This document shows positions 17,621 through 25,886 of a stretch of DNA of 40,162 bases, piece by piece (position 1 is the stretch's first letter; each line of letters begins with the position of its first letter). The DNA comes from a virus, in the IMG/VR virus record IMGVR_UViG_3300045988_095739, positions 1 to 40,162 of that record. One strand, 5' to 3'. Both the position numbers and the translations under genes were made by a program. The notes under the pieces were generated by a model. That model was not told the DNA's origin and ran no database searches. It worked only from the letters and a program-made list of their open reading frames with translations.

Positions 17621-17875
17621 TTATTCTTCAAAACCAAGTTTCAATTTCGCCAGCGCGCTTTTTGACTGCTTTTTACCCGATGATTGCGCGAAATACGCGT
17701 AAAGCTCCAAGTAGACTAGAAACGTCAAAATAATCGTGCCGACTATCTGGTAGAGCGGAATGTCTACCATAGCGTGTACCATTGGCATTTTCATCAAAGC
17801 CACGCCGGCGATAATGAAACTAACTTTCAGCACCAGATACGCGATGCCAAATAGCGCTTTAATGATTTGTTTCAT
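17621..17875 (-). CDS. Small membrane protein (84 aa, two TM helices)
   Basis: Hydrophobicity pattern. Adjacent to the lysozyme-like gene. Confidence 0.5.
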   Translation of the reverse strand: MKQIIKALFGIAYLVLKVSFIIAGVALMKMPMVHAMVDIPLYQIVGTIILTFLVYLELYAYFAQSSGKKQSKSALAKLKLGFEE

Positions 17876-17947
17876 GATTCATTTTCCTTTCGTTTTTAAG
17901 CATTTTCCCCATCAGGGAGCGAGACGATGTTGCCTCGCTCCGAATTA

Positions 17948-18550
17948 TCACCAGAGAATGCCGCGTACCGCGTACCACGCTGTCCAGTTACCGCGCCCCT
18001 GATAAATGCGGAGGGCGTACTGTGCGTTGTATACGGGATCGCGCCAGTCACCGTTTGCGAAGAACTGCGGGTGGGCTTGATTGTTTATCTGAAAACAACC
18101 GAAGTCCTGCGAACCATCTTGGTTCACCGCACCAACTCTAGTGGCGATGAGTGACGATTCTTTCTGCGCTACCAACCGTGCTCCCGCCTGTAATTCAACA
18201 GGCCAGACTTTGGCGATAGCATCCGCGCAGCTTGTTGCAGCTGGTGGCGTCGCTGGTGTTTGTTGTGTTTCCTGAACCGCTGTCTTAGCCGCGACTGGTT
18301 CAGGAGCCGGTGCCGTCTTCTCAGCCGGTGCCACAATCGGCTCCGGTTTAGGCTCGTCTTTTGGCTTTTCAGCCGGTTTGACTGCCTGAGATTTCGACTT
18401 GTTAATGTTCTGTGGTTGCTCTGCATGCGCCTGCGGCACTTTCGCCGGTGGCGGTTGTATGAACGTAATCGCCAGAACAGATACGATCGCGTAAAGCAAT
18501 AATCTTCGACTGATAACTCTGTCTCCGATTAGAACGAGCTGGCACACCAT
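17948..18550 (-). CDS. Membrane-anchored lysozyme-like transglycosylase (SLT/Rpf-like domain) with Pro/Ala/Lys-rich linker
   Basis: N-terminal TM helix, a low-complexity PEPK-rich linker, and a C-terminal ESSL...GCFQINN...Y motif typical of the lysozyme-like superfamily. Confidence 0.65.
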   Translation of the reverse strand: MVCQLVLIGDRVISRRLLLYAIVSVLAITFIQPPPAKVPQAHAEQPQNINKSKSQAVKPAEKPKDEPKPEPIVAPAEKTAPAPEPVAAKTAVQETQQTPATPPAATSCADAIAKVWPVELQAGARLVAQKESSLIATRVGAVNQDGSQDFGCFQINNQAHPQFFANGDWRDPVYNAQYALRIYQGRGNWTAWYAVRGILW

Positions 18551-18871
18551 TGCAGTTGGTAGCCCGTCCGACGGATGCCCGCCTGATATTCACCAAGCCT
18601 TACGGCTCGCGACCTATTCGGTCACCTGCATGAGGTTGCCATCTTCCGAGAGCGACAGCCTCATCGAGTGAACGAAAAAGACCGGCGAAATGCCAGCCTA
18701 TCGTTCGTATCAGTACGCTGCCCGCGCTTGAGATTCTACTAGCTGCAGCTAGGAGCGGGGTTTCACCGCCAGCTTCCGGTGCAAGCAGAAGAAGAACAGT
18801 CCACCACAGACTTTGAGACCTCTGTCGCACCTCTACGCCTTATCTTGCGTTCGGGCAAGGTACTAATACCA

Positions 18872-18899
18872 ACAAAAAAAGACCGACATTTCTGTCGAT
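18872..18899 (-). terminator. Rho-independent terminator downstream of tRNA-Thr (7/8-bp stem with GAAA tetraloop followed by T7)
   Basis: Minus-sense sequence GATCGACAgaaaTGTCGGTC followed by TTTTTTTG. Confidence 0.6.
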
Positions 18900-18917
18900 C
18901 TATGATGAAAAACATTC

Positions 18918-18993
18918 TGGAGCCACGACCGAGGTTTGAACTCGGGACCTACGCCTTACCATGGCGTCGCTCTACCAGCTGAGCTATCGCGGC
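18918..18993 (-). tRNA. tRNA-Thr (anticodon GGT), 76 nt with encoded CCA
   Basis: Reverse complement folds as a cloverleaf: acceptor GCCGCGA/TCGTGGC, D-arm GCTCagctggtaGAGC, anticodon stem ACGCC/GGCGT with loop ATGGTAA, T-arm CCGAGttcaaacCTCGG, then T-CCA. Confidence 0.85.
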
Positions 18994-19274
18994 ATCAAAT
19001 TCTTAACTATGCCCGAGTCTGCTGATAAACTTTACCATGATTCTCTACGAAGTGTTCGTGTTTCCATGAAAGCGCTCTACCGCTGCAAATCGCCACTAAG
19101 CAGGGCGATGTGCGAGGCGCACATCATAGACCGTTGGTAAGGTGAGTTTTCAATGTGCGTTTGTTCTTTTGAACTGTCTTTATGTTAGCAAATTTTGACG
19201 CTAATGTCAAGTTAGCGTAAACGCCTATGTTTATATCTGGTGGGAGGGTGGTTTATCCACACCTCCCAAAAAAA

Positions 19275-20135
19275 TTATACGCCCGTTGGTGTTTTGAATT
19301 TGTCGTACATCTCTACCAGTCTGCAATCATCTAGCCCGTGCAGATATTTTTCGGTAGTAGCCATGCTTGAATGTCTCATTAACCTCTGTGCTACGTCTAT
19401 CGGTGCTCTATTGACTTGCAGCTCTGTACCAAACGAATGACGGAGCGAGTGCGGATAAAAGCCGTCCAGTCCCGCCTTGTCAAAAGCTCTTTTCATTCGA
19501 TACCTCAGCTCGTCTACGCTGTACGGTCTACCGTCGTTGTATTTGGGCGACGGCCATAGGTAGTCGTTGATTTTTTGCGAGTCAATCCAGCAATCGAGTT
19601 TATCGCGCGTTTCTTGCGACATAAACAGCCGTCCAGCCTTACGACCTTTTCCGATAATGTTCATTTCTCGATCGCTAACATTGCTTAGTCGCAGATTTCG
19701 GAGCTCACTGATTCGCAGGCCAGAATCAAAAGCTAACGATATCAACAGCCACGAAAGCTCATCGGCGTAGTTCTTTGCACGGCCTATCTCCTTGCGAGTA
19801 AAAAACTTGCGACGTGGAGGATCCTCTTCTAGCCGATAGACTCGATTCAGGTTGATAGGGACACTATACCCCTCCTCTTTGAGCCATCGACAAAGACTGA
19901 TGACATGGTTTACTCTGGTATTTACAGTTCTAGCTGCAACCGTCCCAGAGCACAACAGCGACTTCTGCCAGGACTTGAACACTTCGCTAGTGAACTCCCG
20001 CATGTCTTCGATTGCGACCTGTCTAGCAAACTGATTTAATACCGCCCGCTTACTAGACAACGTTTGCCTTGTCATGTTTCGGTTGTATTTGCAGAAATCC
20101 AAATAAGCTTCTATCTGCGAATGAATTGTTTCCAT
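19275..20135 (-). CDS. int: Tyrosine recombinase / phage integrase (XerC/D-like)
   Basis: N-terminal SAM-like domain. Catalytic R...HSLRHSFGT...RLMRHSSMATTEKYLH with the Tyr nucleophile. Confidence 0.9.
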   Translation of the reverse strand: METIHSQIEAYLDFCKYNRNMTRQTLSSKRAVLNQFARQVAIEDMREFTSEVFKSWQKSLLCSGTVAARTVNTRVNHVISLCRWLKEEGYSVPINLNRVYRLEEDPPRRKFFTRKEIGRAKNYADELSWLLISLAFDSGLRISELRNLRLSNVSDREMNIIGKGRKAGRLFMSQETRDKLDCWIDSQKINDYLWPSPKYNDGRPYSVDELRYRMKRAFDKAGLDGFYPHSLRHSFGTELQVNRAPIDVAQRLMRHSSMATTEKYLHGLDDCRLVEMYDKFKTPTGV

Positions 20136-20326
20136 TGCGGTGAATTCTTTCTGCCCACCCGCTAAGTTGACATAATGTTGTTTTGTTGGCTAATTTTTAT
20201 GTAAAAATGCTAAAGCGAGCAAACACCTATTACTATCTTTATTCTTATATTAATATATAGCGACGTCAGATTTGGGCTATGGTTCCGAGGTGGGCATAGC
20301 CCACTATTGGGCTATGAAAAATGGGC

Positions 20327-20423
20327 TTTCCACAGGGTTTTCCACGGAAAATGGTGGGTTTATGCTCAGTTTGTCCACAGAAATACTAAAGTTTTCCACA
20401 GGACATTTACTATAGCAAACCAT
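20327..20423. promoter_or_regulatory. Cluster of four direct DnaA-box-like 9-mers (cTTTCCACA, TTTTCCACG, TTGTCCACA, TTTTCCACA)
   Basis: Read directly in 20327-20423. Preceded by GGGCTATG direct repeats and the GGGCATAGCCC palindrome at 20272-20320. A consensus DnaA box TTATCCACA also lies inside a hairpin at 19250-19258. Confidence 0.5.
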
Positions 20424-20479
20424 TTTTGCAATAAAAAATCCAGCACATTGTGCTGGGTAATTGCCGCGGCGCGAGGGAC

Positions 20480-20788
20480 TTATTGTTTGTAATAATCGAC
20501 CAAGACACGGAACATAACGGTAGGTTTTGCCCCACCGGTAATAGACCGTGTCTCTATCCAACCTTTCTTCTCCAGTATCTCCCGTGAGTATTGCTGCTGG
20601 TGGCGATTAAGCCCGATATCGTCTTTAATCTCTCTGGTATTCTTGTTAAACCAGCCGTCAGCATCCTGCTCATATTTGGCATAATACAACAATTGCGCGT
20701 AGTAGTACGCCGCTGTTACATTCGCCTTTAATAAGCACACAATCTCGGGAGAAACCGGCACGCGTTGCGCGTCTCGTCTCTTACCCAT
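20480..20788 (-). CDS. Small winged-helix DNA-binding protein (replication-initiator/repressor-like N-terminal domain)
   Basis: 102 aa. The pattern AAYYYAQLLYYAKYEQDADGWFNKNTREIKDDIGLNRHQQQYSREILEKKGWIE resembles the winged-helix N-domains of phage/plasmid replisome organisers. It sits between int and the accessory genes. Confidence 0.5.
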   Translation of the reverse strand: MGKRRDAQRVPVSPEIVCLLKANVTAAYYYAQLLYYAKYEQDADGWFNKNTREIKDDIGLNRHQQQYSREILEKKGWIETRSITGGAKPTVMFRVLVDYYKQ

Positions 20789-20990
20789 CGTATACCCTCG
20801 CTTTAGCTTAGAGCGGAGTTGTATACATAAAGAACACAGCCCCGTCCAAAAATATGGTTGAGGCTGTATATCACTCTCGGAAGATTACTTTTATAATAGC
20901 ATGATAGTTTCGTCATGACAACTGCTTGGCAATGGTATTATCGAATCACGGAATATAAACGCCGGATCGATTGCGGAGTTTCTGCCTAAT

Positions 20991-21311
20991 ATGATTCAGT
21001 CGCAAGCAGAGGGCTTGAAAATCGTCACTGGCTGGGGACAATTCCGCGGCAGCGGCGGCAATAGTGCTACAGTAGAGGTGCAATTTCCGCATGAGTTCAA
21101 GAATGAAGTTGTGATGGCGATGGTGTCATACAATGGCTTTCATACTGGTACGAAAGCAGAGAAACTTAGTGATTTCACAAACAAAATCGGCACAGGAGTA
21201 GTAGCAGAGTTTTTGGTGCGCGATAAAAAGTCTGGCGTAATTTTACTATCAACGTCTGGCATATTCGGCGGTGCGTGGCATGGTGTGTCATGGATTGTTA
21301 TTGGTCATTAA
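20991..21311 (+). CDS. Hypothetical protein (106 aa); one of only two + strand genes, moron-like
   Basis: It runs opposite to the rest of the genome and is followed by a strong hairpin terminator at 21384-21441. Confidence 0.5.
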   Translation: MIQSQAEGLKIVTGWGQFRGSGGNSATVEVQFPHEFKNEVVMAMVSYNGFHTGTKAEKLSDFTNKIGTGVVAEFLVRDKKSGVILLSTSGIFGGAWHGVSWIVIGH

Positions 21312-21383
21312 ACTCATATTTAGCAGTGAGCGCCGACTAAGTGCTTGCTAGCATACCTGCTTATGTTTATAATAATCAATGAA

Positions 21384-21441
21384 ACGTAAGTCGTCTGGTG
21401 GGTTTATAAGCATTTTCCCCACCAGACGGGCTACGTTTTTT
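21384..21441 (+). terminator. Intrinsic terminator (11-bp perfect stem CGTCTGGTGGG/CCCACCAGACG extendable to ~18 bp, followed by T8)
   Basis: Read directly from the sequence. Confidence 0.65.
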
Positions 21442-21451
21442 TTGATTACTC

Positions 21452-21560
21452 AACCTATACCGACACCGCCGCAACCTGCGGCGCAGTAAAATGGATTAAG
21501 ACGTGGGGCATGAGTAATACTGGCTGGACTGTCTTGTACGGCGATACGGGGTGGCGAGAT
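21452..21560. repeat. Left copy of a 109-bp inverted repeat (core 78 bp with one mismatch) shared with the tail-fibre gene
   Basis: 21483-21560 against the reverse complement of 22602-22679 shows 77/78 identity. The flanking 31 bp have 6 mismatches. Confidence 0.8.
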
Positions 21561-21920
21561 ATAAGTACATTGTTGATAAACGGCTGGAAGAACAAAGCGA
21601 ACCATATGACAATGCGGCGCATAAATTGCAAGGTCATTTTGAGATTTCCGTTTGTAGGTTTAGACGGCAGTGCGGCGACGAAGAGCGTATTCCTGACACT
21701 ACCAGATGGATTTAAGTATAGAAACGGCTCAAATTATGGCGCTATCGGCACAATCGTTGTCGGCAACGGCTTTGAATTAGGAACGACTGCTAATTTGCAG
21801 ATTGTGTCTAAGGACTTTGGCTCGCTTTCAACAAAACCATCGAGCCTTGATATGACCGGAGAATTGTCATGGACAACAGACGATGCTTATCCGAGCATAC
21901 TGCCAGGAACTGCAGTATAA
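21510..21920 (+). CDS. Promoterless alternative tail-fibre C-terminal (receptor-binding) cassette; its frame is open from 21386 with no start codon or RBS before the conserved junction
   Basis: The first 17 aa ([17 protein letters not shown]), plus the upstream in-frame [19 protein letters not shown], are near-identical to residues inside the tail-fibre gene on the opposite strand. The downstream sequence diverges completely. Confidence 0.6.
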   Translation: MSNTGWTVLYGDTGWRDISTLLINGWKNKANHMTMRRINCKVILRFPFVGLDGSAATKSVFLTLPDGFKYRNGSNYGAIGTIVVGNGFELGTTANLQIVSKDFGSLSTKPSSLDMTGELSWTTDDAYPSILPGTAV

Positions 21921-21954
21921 TGCCACGCTCACTACGTTTGTTTATATATAATTA

Positions 21955-22130
21955 TTAATCTTGAATCCTATGAACAAGCTCCTCTTTATCCCCGCCAAGC
22001 TCTTCGTATTTCTTAGCAAGGCTATCTACCTGCTCTGGAATCTCTTTAAGGTTATTGCGGCGGTTAATCTCGTCCATAATAAGTTGCAATTGTTCTTGTA
22101 GCTGTTCTTCAGTTAAAGTTTGTAGTCCAT
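21955..22130 (-). CDS. Small coiled-coil ORF downstream of the tail fibre, interrupted by a -1 frame change after codon 5 (possible fibre assembly/chaperone gene, pseudogene, or programmed shift)
   Basis: Strong RBS GAAAGGAGctac-ATG, then MDYKL and a stop. The -1 frame then remains open for 55 codons (LTEEQLQEQLQLIMDEINRRNNLKEIPEQVDSLAKKYEELGGDKEELVHRIQD). Confidence 0.3.
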
Positions 22131-22211
22131 GTAGCTCCTTTCGTTAGTTTTCCTTGAAATTTCCAATTTTTACAAGTTATCGTAAGATTTTAGGGTTTCA
22201 CGGTTAATTAC

Positions 22212-23570
22212 TCACCCCCCCCCAGGCAGTGTCGTTGGCCAGTCGCTCTCAGTGACGTACGACATGTTGAACGAACACGCGTCGCCTTTCGTCCAGTCGC
22301 CAGTGCCGGGGATGCCGCGGACAGCAAAATCGTGAGCAGCTCGATACGAGTAGACAGAGCCGATATCGTCGCTGCTTCTGGTATTGATGATTACGAGTCC
22401 TTGAGCTCTACCCCAACCGGCATACCTGAACCCTAACGGCATGTCGTCTTTACCAGGAAATAGCCGTTTAATCACATAACGCCCGCCAGTTGGATTATCG
22501 CCTACCTTTAATCCGCTTGAACGCAAATACACCGTCCTACCGATACGCCGCAGCTGGATATTGCTTGTGCTATCCCAGAACGTGTCAAGCAGCGATTTAA
22601 CATCTCGCCACCCCGTATCGCCGTACAAGACAGTCCAGCCAGTATTACTCATGCCCCACATCTTAATCCATTTTACTGCACCGCATGTGACGGCTGTGTC
22701 GGTGTAGGTTGAGCCTGGAGAAGCTGAGACGACGCCGTTGGGCTGTCCAGTACCGTATAAATGTGCAACTTCGCCAATCTTCACGTACGAGAGGTCAGAG
22801 GCGACCCGAATGACATTCTTACTGGTCTTGTTGTTCCAAATCAAGAACTCGCCGGCTGAGTTTAGTCCCCACGATATATCTTTGCCAGCTCTGATTTGCC
22901 GATAGCCGAGGACAGGGTTATTTGAATTGACGATAACCTCACTGGTGAACGTATCGCCAGCTTTGTTGGCTTTGCCATCCAAATCTGTCTCTATCTTCTT
23001 TCTAAGAGCTGTGTCTTGGTTGTCCACGTAGAATTTGTCGGCTTTTAAGGTCAAGTCTGGTTTGTTAGTTAATTGGTTGTAGTCGGTAGTGCCAGGTTCA
23101 CCGCGCTCCCCTTTGGGGCCTCTCAACGCCTCTAATTGTGCCTGCGTAAAATCGCTATATTTGAACGCGTCGCCCTTTTCTCCTTTGTTGCCTTTGAGCT
23201 CTGCTTTTGAGACAAGATTATGCCAGGTGCTGTCATCTTTATAGTGCCACTGCACCCAGTCGCCTGATAGGCGGCATTCTATTTCACGTCCATCAGTACC
23301 AGGGTTGCCTTTCGGACCGATGAGGCTAGCGAGGCTTACAAGGTCATGCCAAACAGCTTCGTCTGTGTAGCGCCACTGTATTGCAGTAGCAGAGACTTGG
23401 AACTGGACTTCGCGCCCGTCAGAACCGCGCTCCCCGCGTTCCCCGCGGTCGCCTTTCGGACCGACATCCCCCTTAGATCCTTTGTCTCCTTTATTATATA
23501 CGCCTATCTCAAACGTAACTTGCGGTAATAATCCATCCTTAGCCATTTCCGCCCCTCCTAATATCTGCAC
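22212..23570 (-). CDS. Collagen-like tail fibre protein (452 aa) with Gly-X-Y tracts interspersed with three W-rich repeats and a C-terminal receptor-binding region
   Basis: [25 protein letters not shown] and related G-X-Y runs. Repeated (Q/V)WxY(T/K)D..(V/T)WH.LVS motifs. The C-terminus carries the cassette junction motif. Confidence 0.8.
   Translation of the reverse strand: MQILGGAEMAKDGLLPQVTFEIGVYNKGDKGSKGDVGPKGDRGERGERGSDGREVQFQVSATAIQWRYTDEAVWHDLVSLASLIGPKGNPGTDGREIECRLSGDWVQWHYKDDSTWHNLVSKAELKGNKGEKGDAFKYSDFTQAQLEALRGPKGERGEPGTTDYNQLTNKPDLTLKADKFYVDNQDTALRKKIETDLDGKANKAGDTFTSEVIVNSNNPVLGYRQIRAGKDISWGLNSAGEFLIWNNKTSKNVIRVASDLSYVKIGEVAHLYGTGQPNGVVSASPGSTYTDTAVTCGAVKWIKMWGMSNTGWTVLYGDTGWRDVKSLLDTFWDSTSNIQLRRIGRTVYLRSSGLKVGDNPTGGRYVIKRLFPGKDDMPLGFRYAGWGRAQGLVIINTRSSDDIGSVYSYRAAHDFAVRGIPGTGDWTKGDACSFNMSYVTESDWPTTLPGGG
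22602..22710. repeat. Right copy of the 109-bp inverted repeat, inside the tail-fibre coding sequence
   Basis: As above. Confidence 0.8.
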
Positions 23571-23916
23571 TTACCATTACTTGTATAAATTTATTTCCGC
23601 CTGGGAATGTAAACACATTCCCGTCTTTCGTACGTAGCTCGAACTCGCCCTGTAGAATAACAAACGATTCATCACCGACTTTGACATCGCGCGTATCGTC
23701 CGCTTCAAATCTGAGTTGATATTTCACACTGTCGCTGCTGCGATTGATGATGTCGGCGTCTGTCAGATGCTTTGATATGAGTGCCGCGCTATCATTCAGA
23801 TCGTCGTCCGGCGATGGTTTTGCCATGAAATAAACATCCATGCCATCCTCATACGCGGCAATCGGTATCTGCAGAAAATGCTTGGCGGTATCGCCGCGTT
23901 TGAGTTTCAATATCAT
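23539..23916 (-). CDS. Hypothetical protein (125 aa), probably fibre-associated
   Basis: ORF between the lysis genes and the fibre gene. Overlaps the fibre start by 32 nt. Confidence 0.45.
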   Translation of the reverse strand: MILKLKRGDTAKHFLQIPIAAYEDGMDVYFMAKPSPDDDLNDSAALISKHLTDADIINRSSDSVKYQLRFEADDTRDVKVGDESFVILQGEFELRTKDGNVFTFPGGNKFIQVMVSADIRRGGNG

Positions 23917-24104
23917 TGTTCTACTCCTAATGCGATAGCTTCTAGCGCAAGCTTACCGGCATTCATTTTGAAATGCCTATCTTCCAGCTCTAGCTGTACC
24001 TCGCGCCAGTATTCCTGCATTTCCTTGGCGTGCTGCCACTGAGATACGAGGGATTGTTCCTCGTCCGGTTTCGGTACGCTATCAAATGCTAGCTGCTCGT
24101 ACAT
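23913..24104 (-). CDS. Hypothetical small acidic protein (63 aa)
   Basis: Tightly packed between the lysin and the 125-aa gene. Confidence 0.4.
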   Translation of the reverse strand: MYEQLAFDSVPKPDEEQSLVSQWQHAKEMQEYWREVQLELEDRHFKMNAGKLALEAIALGVEQ

Positions 24105-25504
24105 TACTGTTTCTTCCTCCCGCTCTTATAAAGCCCAAACATAACAAGCATGAATGTTCCAGCGATAATCAATGCACTGCCAAGGGCGTCGGTCTGTGCT
24201 GCTGTGAACGGAATGCTAAAGGCAATGACAAGCTTGGATACAACCATACCAAGTAGAATGAGCAGGTCGCCGGTGATGTATACGCCGACCTTGACGCCCT
24301 GCGGTATAGACTTCACGATATTCTGTGCGTCCTCGCTGCCAGCTACAGCCTCAGCAATGTCTGACGTTGTAGACTGTAGGCTTTCTAGTTGTTCTTTTGT
24401 AAATCCTGCTGCTGGTGCTGGTTTTTCTGTCATTTTCTTATCCTCCTGCGTTAATGACTGGTTTTTTGATGATTGACCCGCGTTATTCGCCTTTTTAGCT
24501 TCTTCCTCGGCACGTTTTTTGGCTTCCTCAGCCTCTCTAGCTTTATTTTCGGCTTCCTGTCTAGCTTTCGCCTCAGCCTCTGCCTGGCGCGCTTTTTCGG
24601 CTGCTTCGCGGCGTGCTTCGGCTTCCTGAGCGCGTCGTTCTGCTTCGGCTTGCTTGCCTGATATCAGCTGGGTATGTTCATTTGAGTTCAGCAGGTCTTG
24701 TCGCACCTGGTCTAGCGTCCAGCCTTTAGCTACTTGCGACTTGTAGTGTGCTATACCGCCATCGTCTGCGTCGCGCTCTAAGATGTCATGGTAAGCTTGT
24801 TTAATTGCTGAGGTTAGTTCAGCGTCTTTCTGTGCGGCTGCTTGCGCGGCTGCCTGCGCTTTGTTAGCTTCTAACTGCTTGCGTTCATTACTATTCATAA
24901 GGTCGCTGCGGATTTGGTCGATAGTCCAGCCCTCCGCTGCTTGCTGGCGGTAGTGATTGATACCGCCCTCATCGGCTTCGCGCTCTAGTACTTCGCGGTA
25001 CACCTGTCTTATTTGGTCGTCTGATACACTTGGGCGATTACCTACGTAATTTCGCATACGATAAACTCGTACGCCGCCCCGACGCCAGTTGGCATGGAAC
25101 GGGTCTATTCTCGATAAGTAGACGGTGTTGCCGGCTACGACGCGGGCACTAGAACCTGGCAAGGCAACGTTCTGTTCGAAGACGCGGTCTCCAGAAAGCA
25201 ACACGCCGATGTGACCATACCCGCCGCCATCCTGCGGCCAGACGACAAGGTCGCCTTGCTGGCGTTGGTTAGGCGGTACTTCATAAGCTAGTCCTTGGTT
25301 TACCAGGGTGTTGCCGAAGTCTTTTGCATTGCCTCTAGCTGCACCTGGGTTTGGTAATTGACACATCTCTGCGCCGAACCACTTAACCAGGCTTACGCAT
25401 TGACCTGTGAGGTCTCCGTCGTCCATCGTGCCATTACTGCTGCCTGGGAAGAATATTCCTAAGCGTTTTGCTGCGTATTCGTCTGCGTTTCTGTTGGCTG
25501 CCAT
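24104..25504 (-). CDS. Cell-wall hydrolase: N-terminal CHAP domain, two ~45-aa internal repeats, Ala/Glu/Arg/Lys coiled coil, and a C-terminal two-helix transmembrane region
   Basis: CHAP motifs GQCVSLVKWF (Cys) and YGHIGV (His). Tandem repeats DDQIRQVYREVLEREADEGGINHYRQQAAEGWTIDQIRSDLMNSNE and AIKQAYHDILERDADDGGIAHYKSQVAKGWTLDQVRQDLLNSNE. C-terminal hydrophobic helices VGVYITGDLLILLGMVV and LGSALIIAGTFMLVMFGL. Confidence 0.8.
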   Translation of the reverse strand: MAANRNADEYAAKRLGIFFPGSSNGTMDDGDLTGQCVSLVKWFGAEMCQLPNPGAARGNAKDFGNTLVNQGLAYEVPPNQRQQGDLVVWPQDGGGYGHIGVLLSGDRVFEQNVALPGSSARVVAGNTVYLSRIDPFHANWRRGGVRVYRMRNYVGNRPSVSDDQIRQVYREVLEREADEGGINHYRQQAAEGWTIDQIRSDLMNSNERKQLEANKAQAAAQAAAQKDAELTSAIKQAYHDILERDADDGGIAHYKSQVAKGWTLDQVRQDLLNSNEHTQLISGKQAEAERRAQEAEARREAAEKARQAEAEAKARQEAENKAREAEEAKKRAEEEAKKANNAGQSSKNQSLTQEDKKMTEKPAPAAGFTKEQLESLQSTTSDIAEAVAGSEDAQNIVKSIPQGVKVGVYITGDLLILLGMVVSKLVIAFSIPFTAAQTDALGSALIIAGTFMLVMFGLYKSGRKKQ

Positions 25505-25520
25505 GTCTCTTTCCTCTCTA

Positions 25521-25886
25521 TTACTTTACGAATTTCCAGTGTTCAATGAAGTTGAAAATAAATCCAATGATAGTGATTGCTCCGGTGACAACCGCGCCGG
25601 CAACACTCATTTCCTTGCGCGTGACGAGTTTTTCAAGAGCTTTGTCGTTCGTTGTCTGATAGTTGGTAACTTGTGCCACCAGGCGTTCCAAATCCTCTTT
25701 GTCCGCTTTGCTCATCGTTGCCAGCTGCACGGCTTCGGTGAGTTGTTGAATACTGTTGTTTGTTGTCTTGAACTGCGCGTCGACAAGCTGTTCAAACCCT
25801 GCCATTTTTATACCCAGCTCGCGAACTGTCCTTGGTGTATCATTGTCGCCCACTTGATTTCTTTCCGTCATTATGTTTATTCCCAT
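25521..25886 (-). CDS. XhlA-like holin-associated membrane protein (coiled coil plus C-terminal TM)
   Basis: N-terminal coiled coil and C-terminal TM helix AGAVVTGAITIIGFIFNFI. Position immediately upstream of the lysin. Confidence 0.5.
   Translation of the reverse strand: MGINIMTERNQVGDNDTPRTVRELGIKMAGFEQLVDAQFKTTNNSIQQLTEAVQLATMSKADKEDLERLVAQVTNYQTTNDKALEKLVTRKEMSVAGAVVTGAITIIGFIFNFIEHWKFVK

Noticed and set aside
17881-17947. Terminator for the lysozyme-like gene at the GGAGCGAG/CTCGCTCC hairpin
   Set aside because: An 8-bp stem is present but no T-run follows on either strand. The hairpin shares a 15-nt string (TAAGCATTTTCCCCA) with the true terminator at 21384-21441, and its function is unclear.
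18600-18830. 76-aa minus-strand ORF in the non-coding region next to the tRNA
   Set aside because: Composition is not protein-like, it lies in the GC-rich structured region, and it has no RBS.
18551-18871. Possible tmRNA or other large ncRNA in the GC-rich gap beside the tRNA
   Set aside because: I found no tRNA-like 3' domain and no acceptable tag-peptide reading frame ending in Ala-Ala-stop on either strand. It is better described as a structured intergenic or attP-like region.
20304-20561. 85-aa minus ORF and 61-aa plus ORF overlapping the DnaA-box region
   Set aside because: They overlap the repeat cluster and the 3' end of the winged-helix gene, the translations are non-protein-like, and the region is better explained as regulatory DNA.
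21452-22710. Classical Mu G-segment with a Gin-type invertase
   Set aside because: No serine recombinase (resolvase/invertase) ORF exists anywhere in the window. The inversion idea is kept, but it would have to be RecT/RecA- or integrase-mediated or use a host enzyme.
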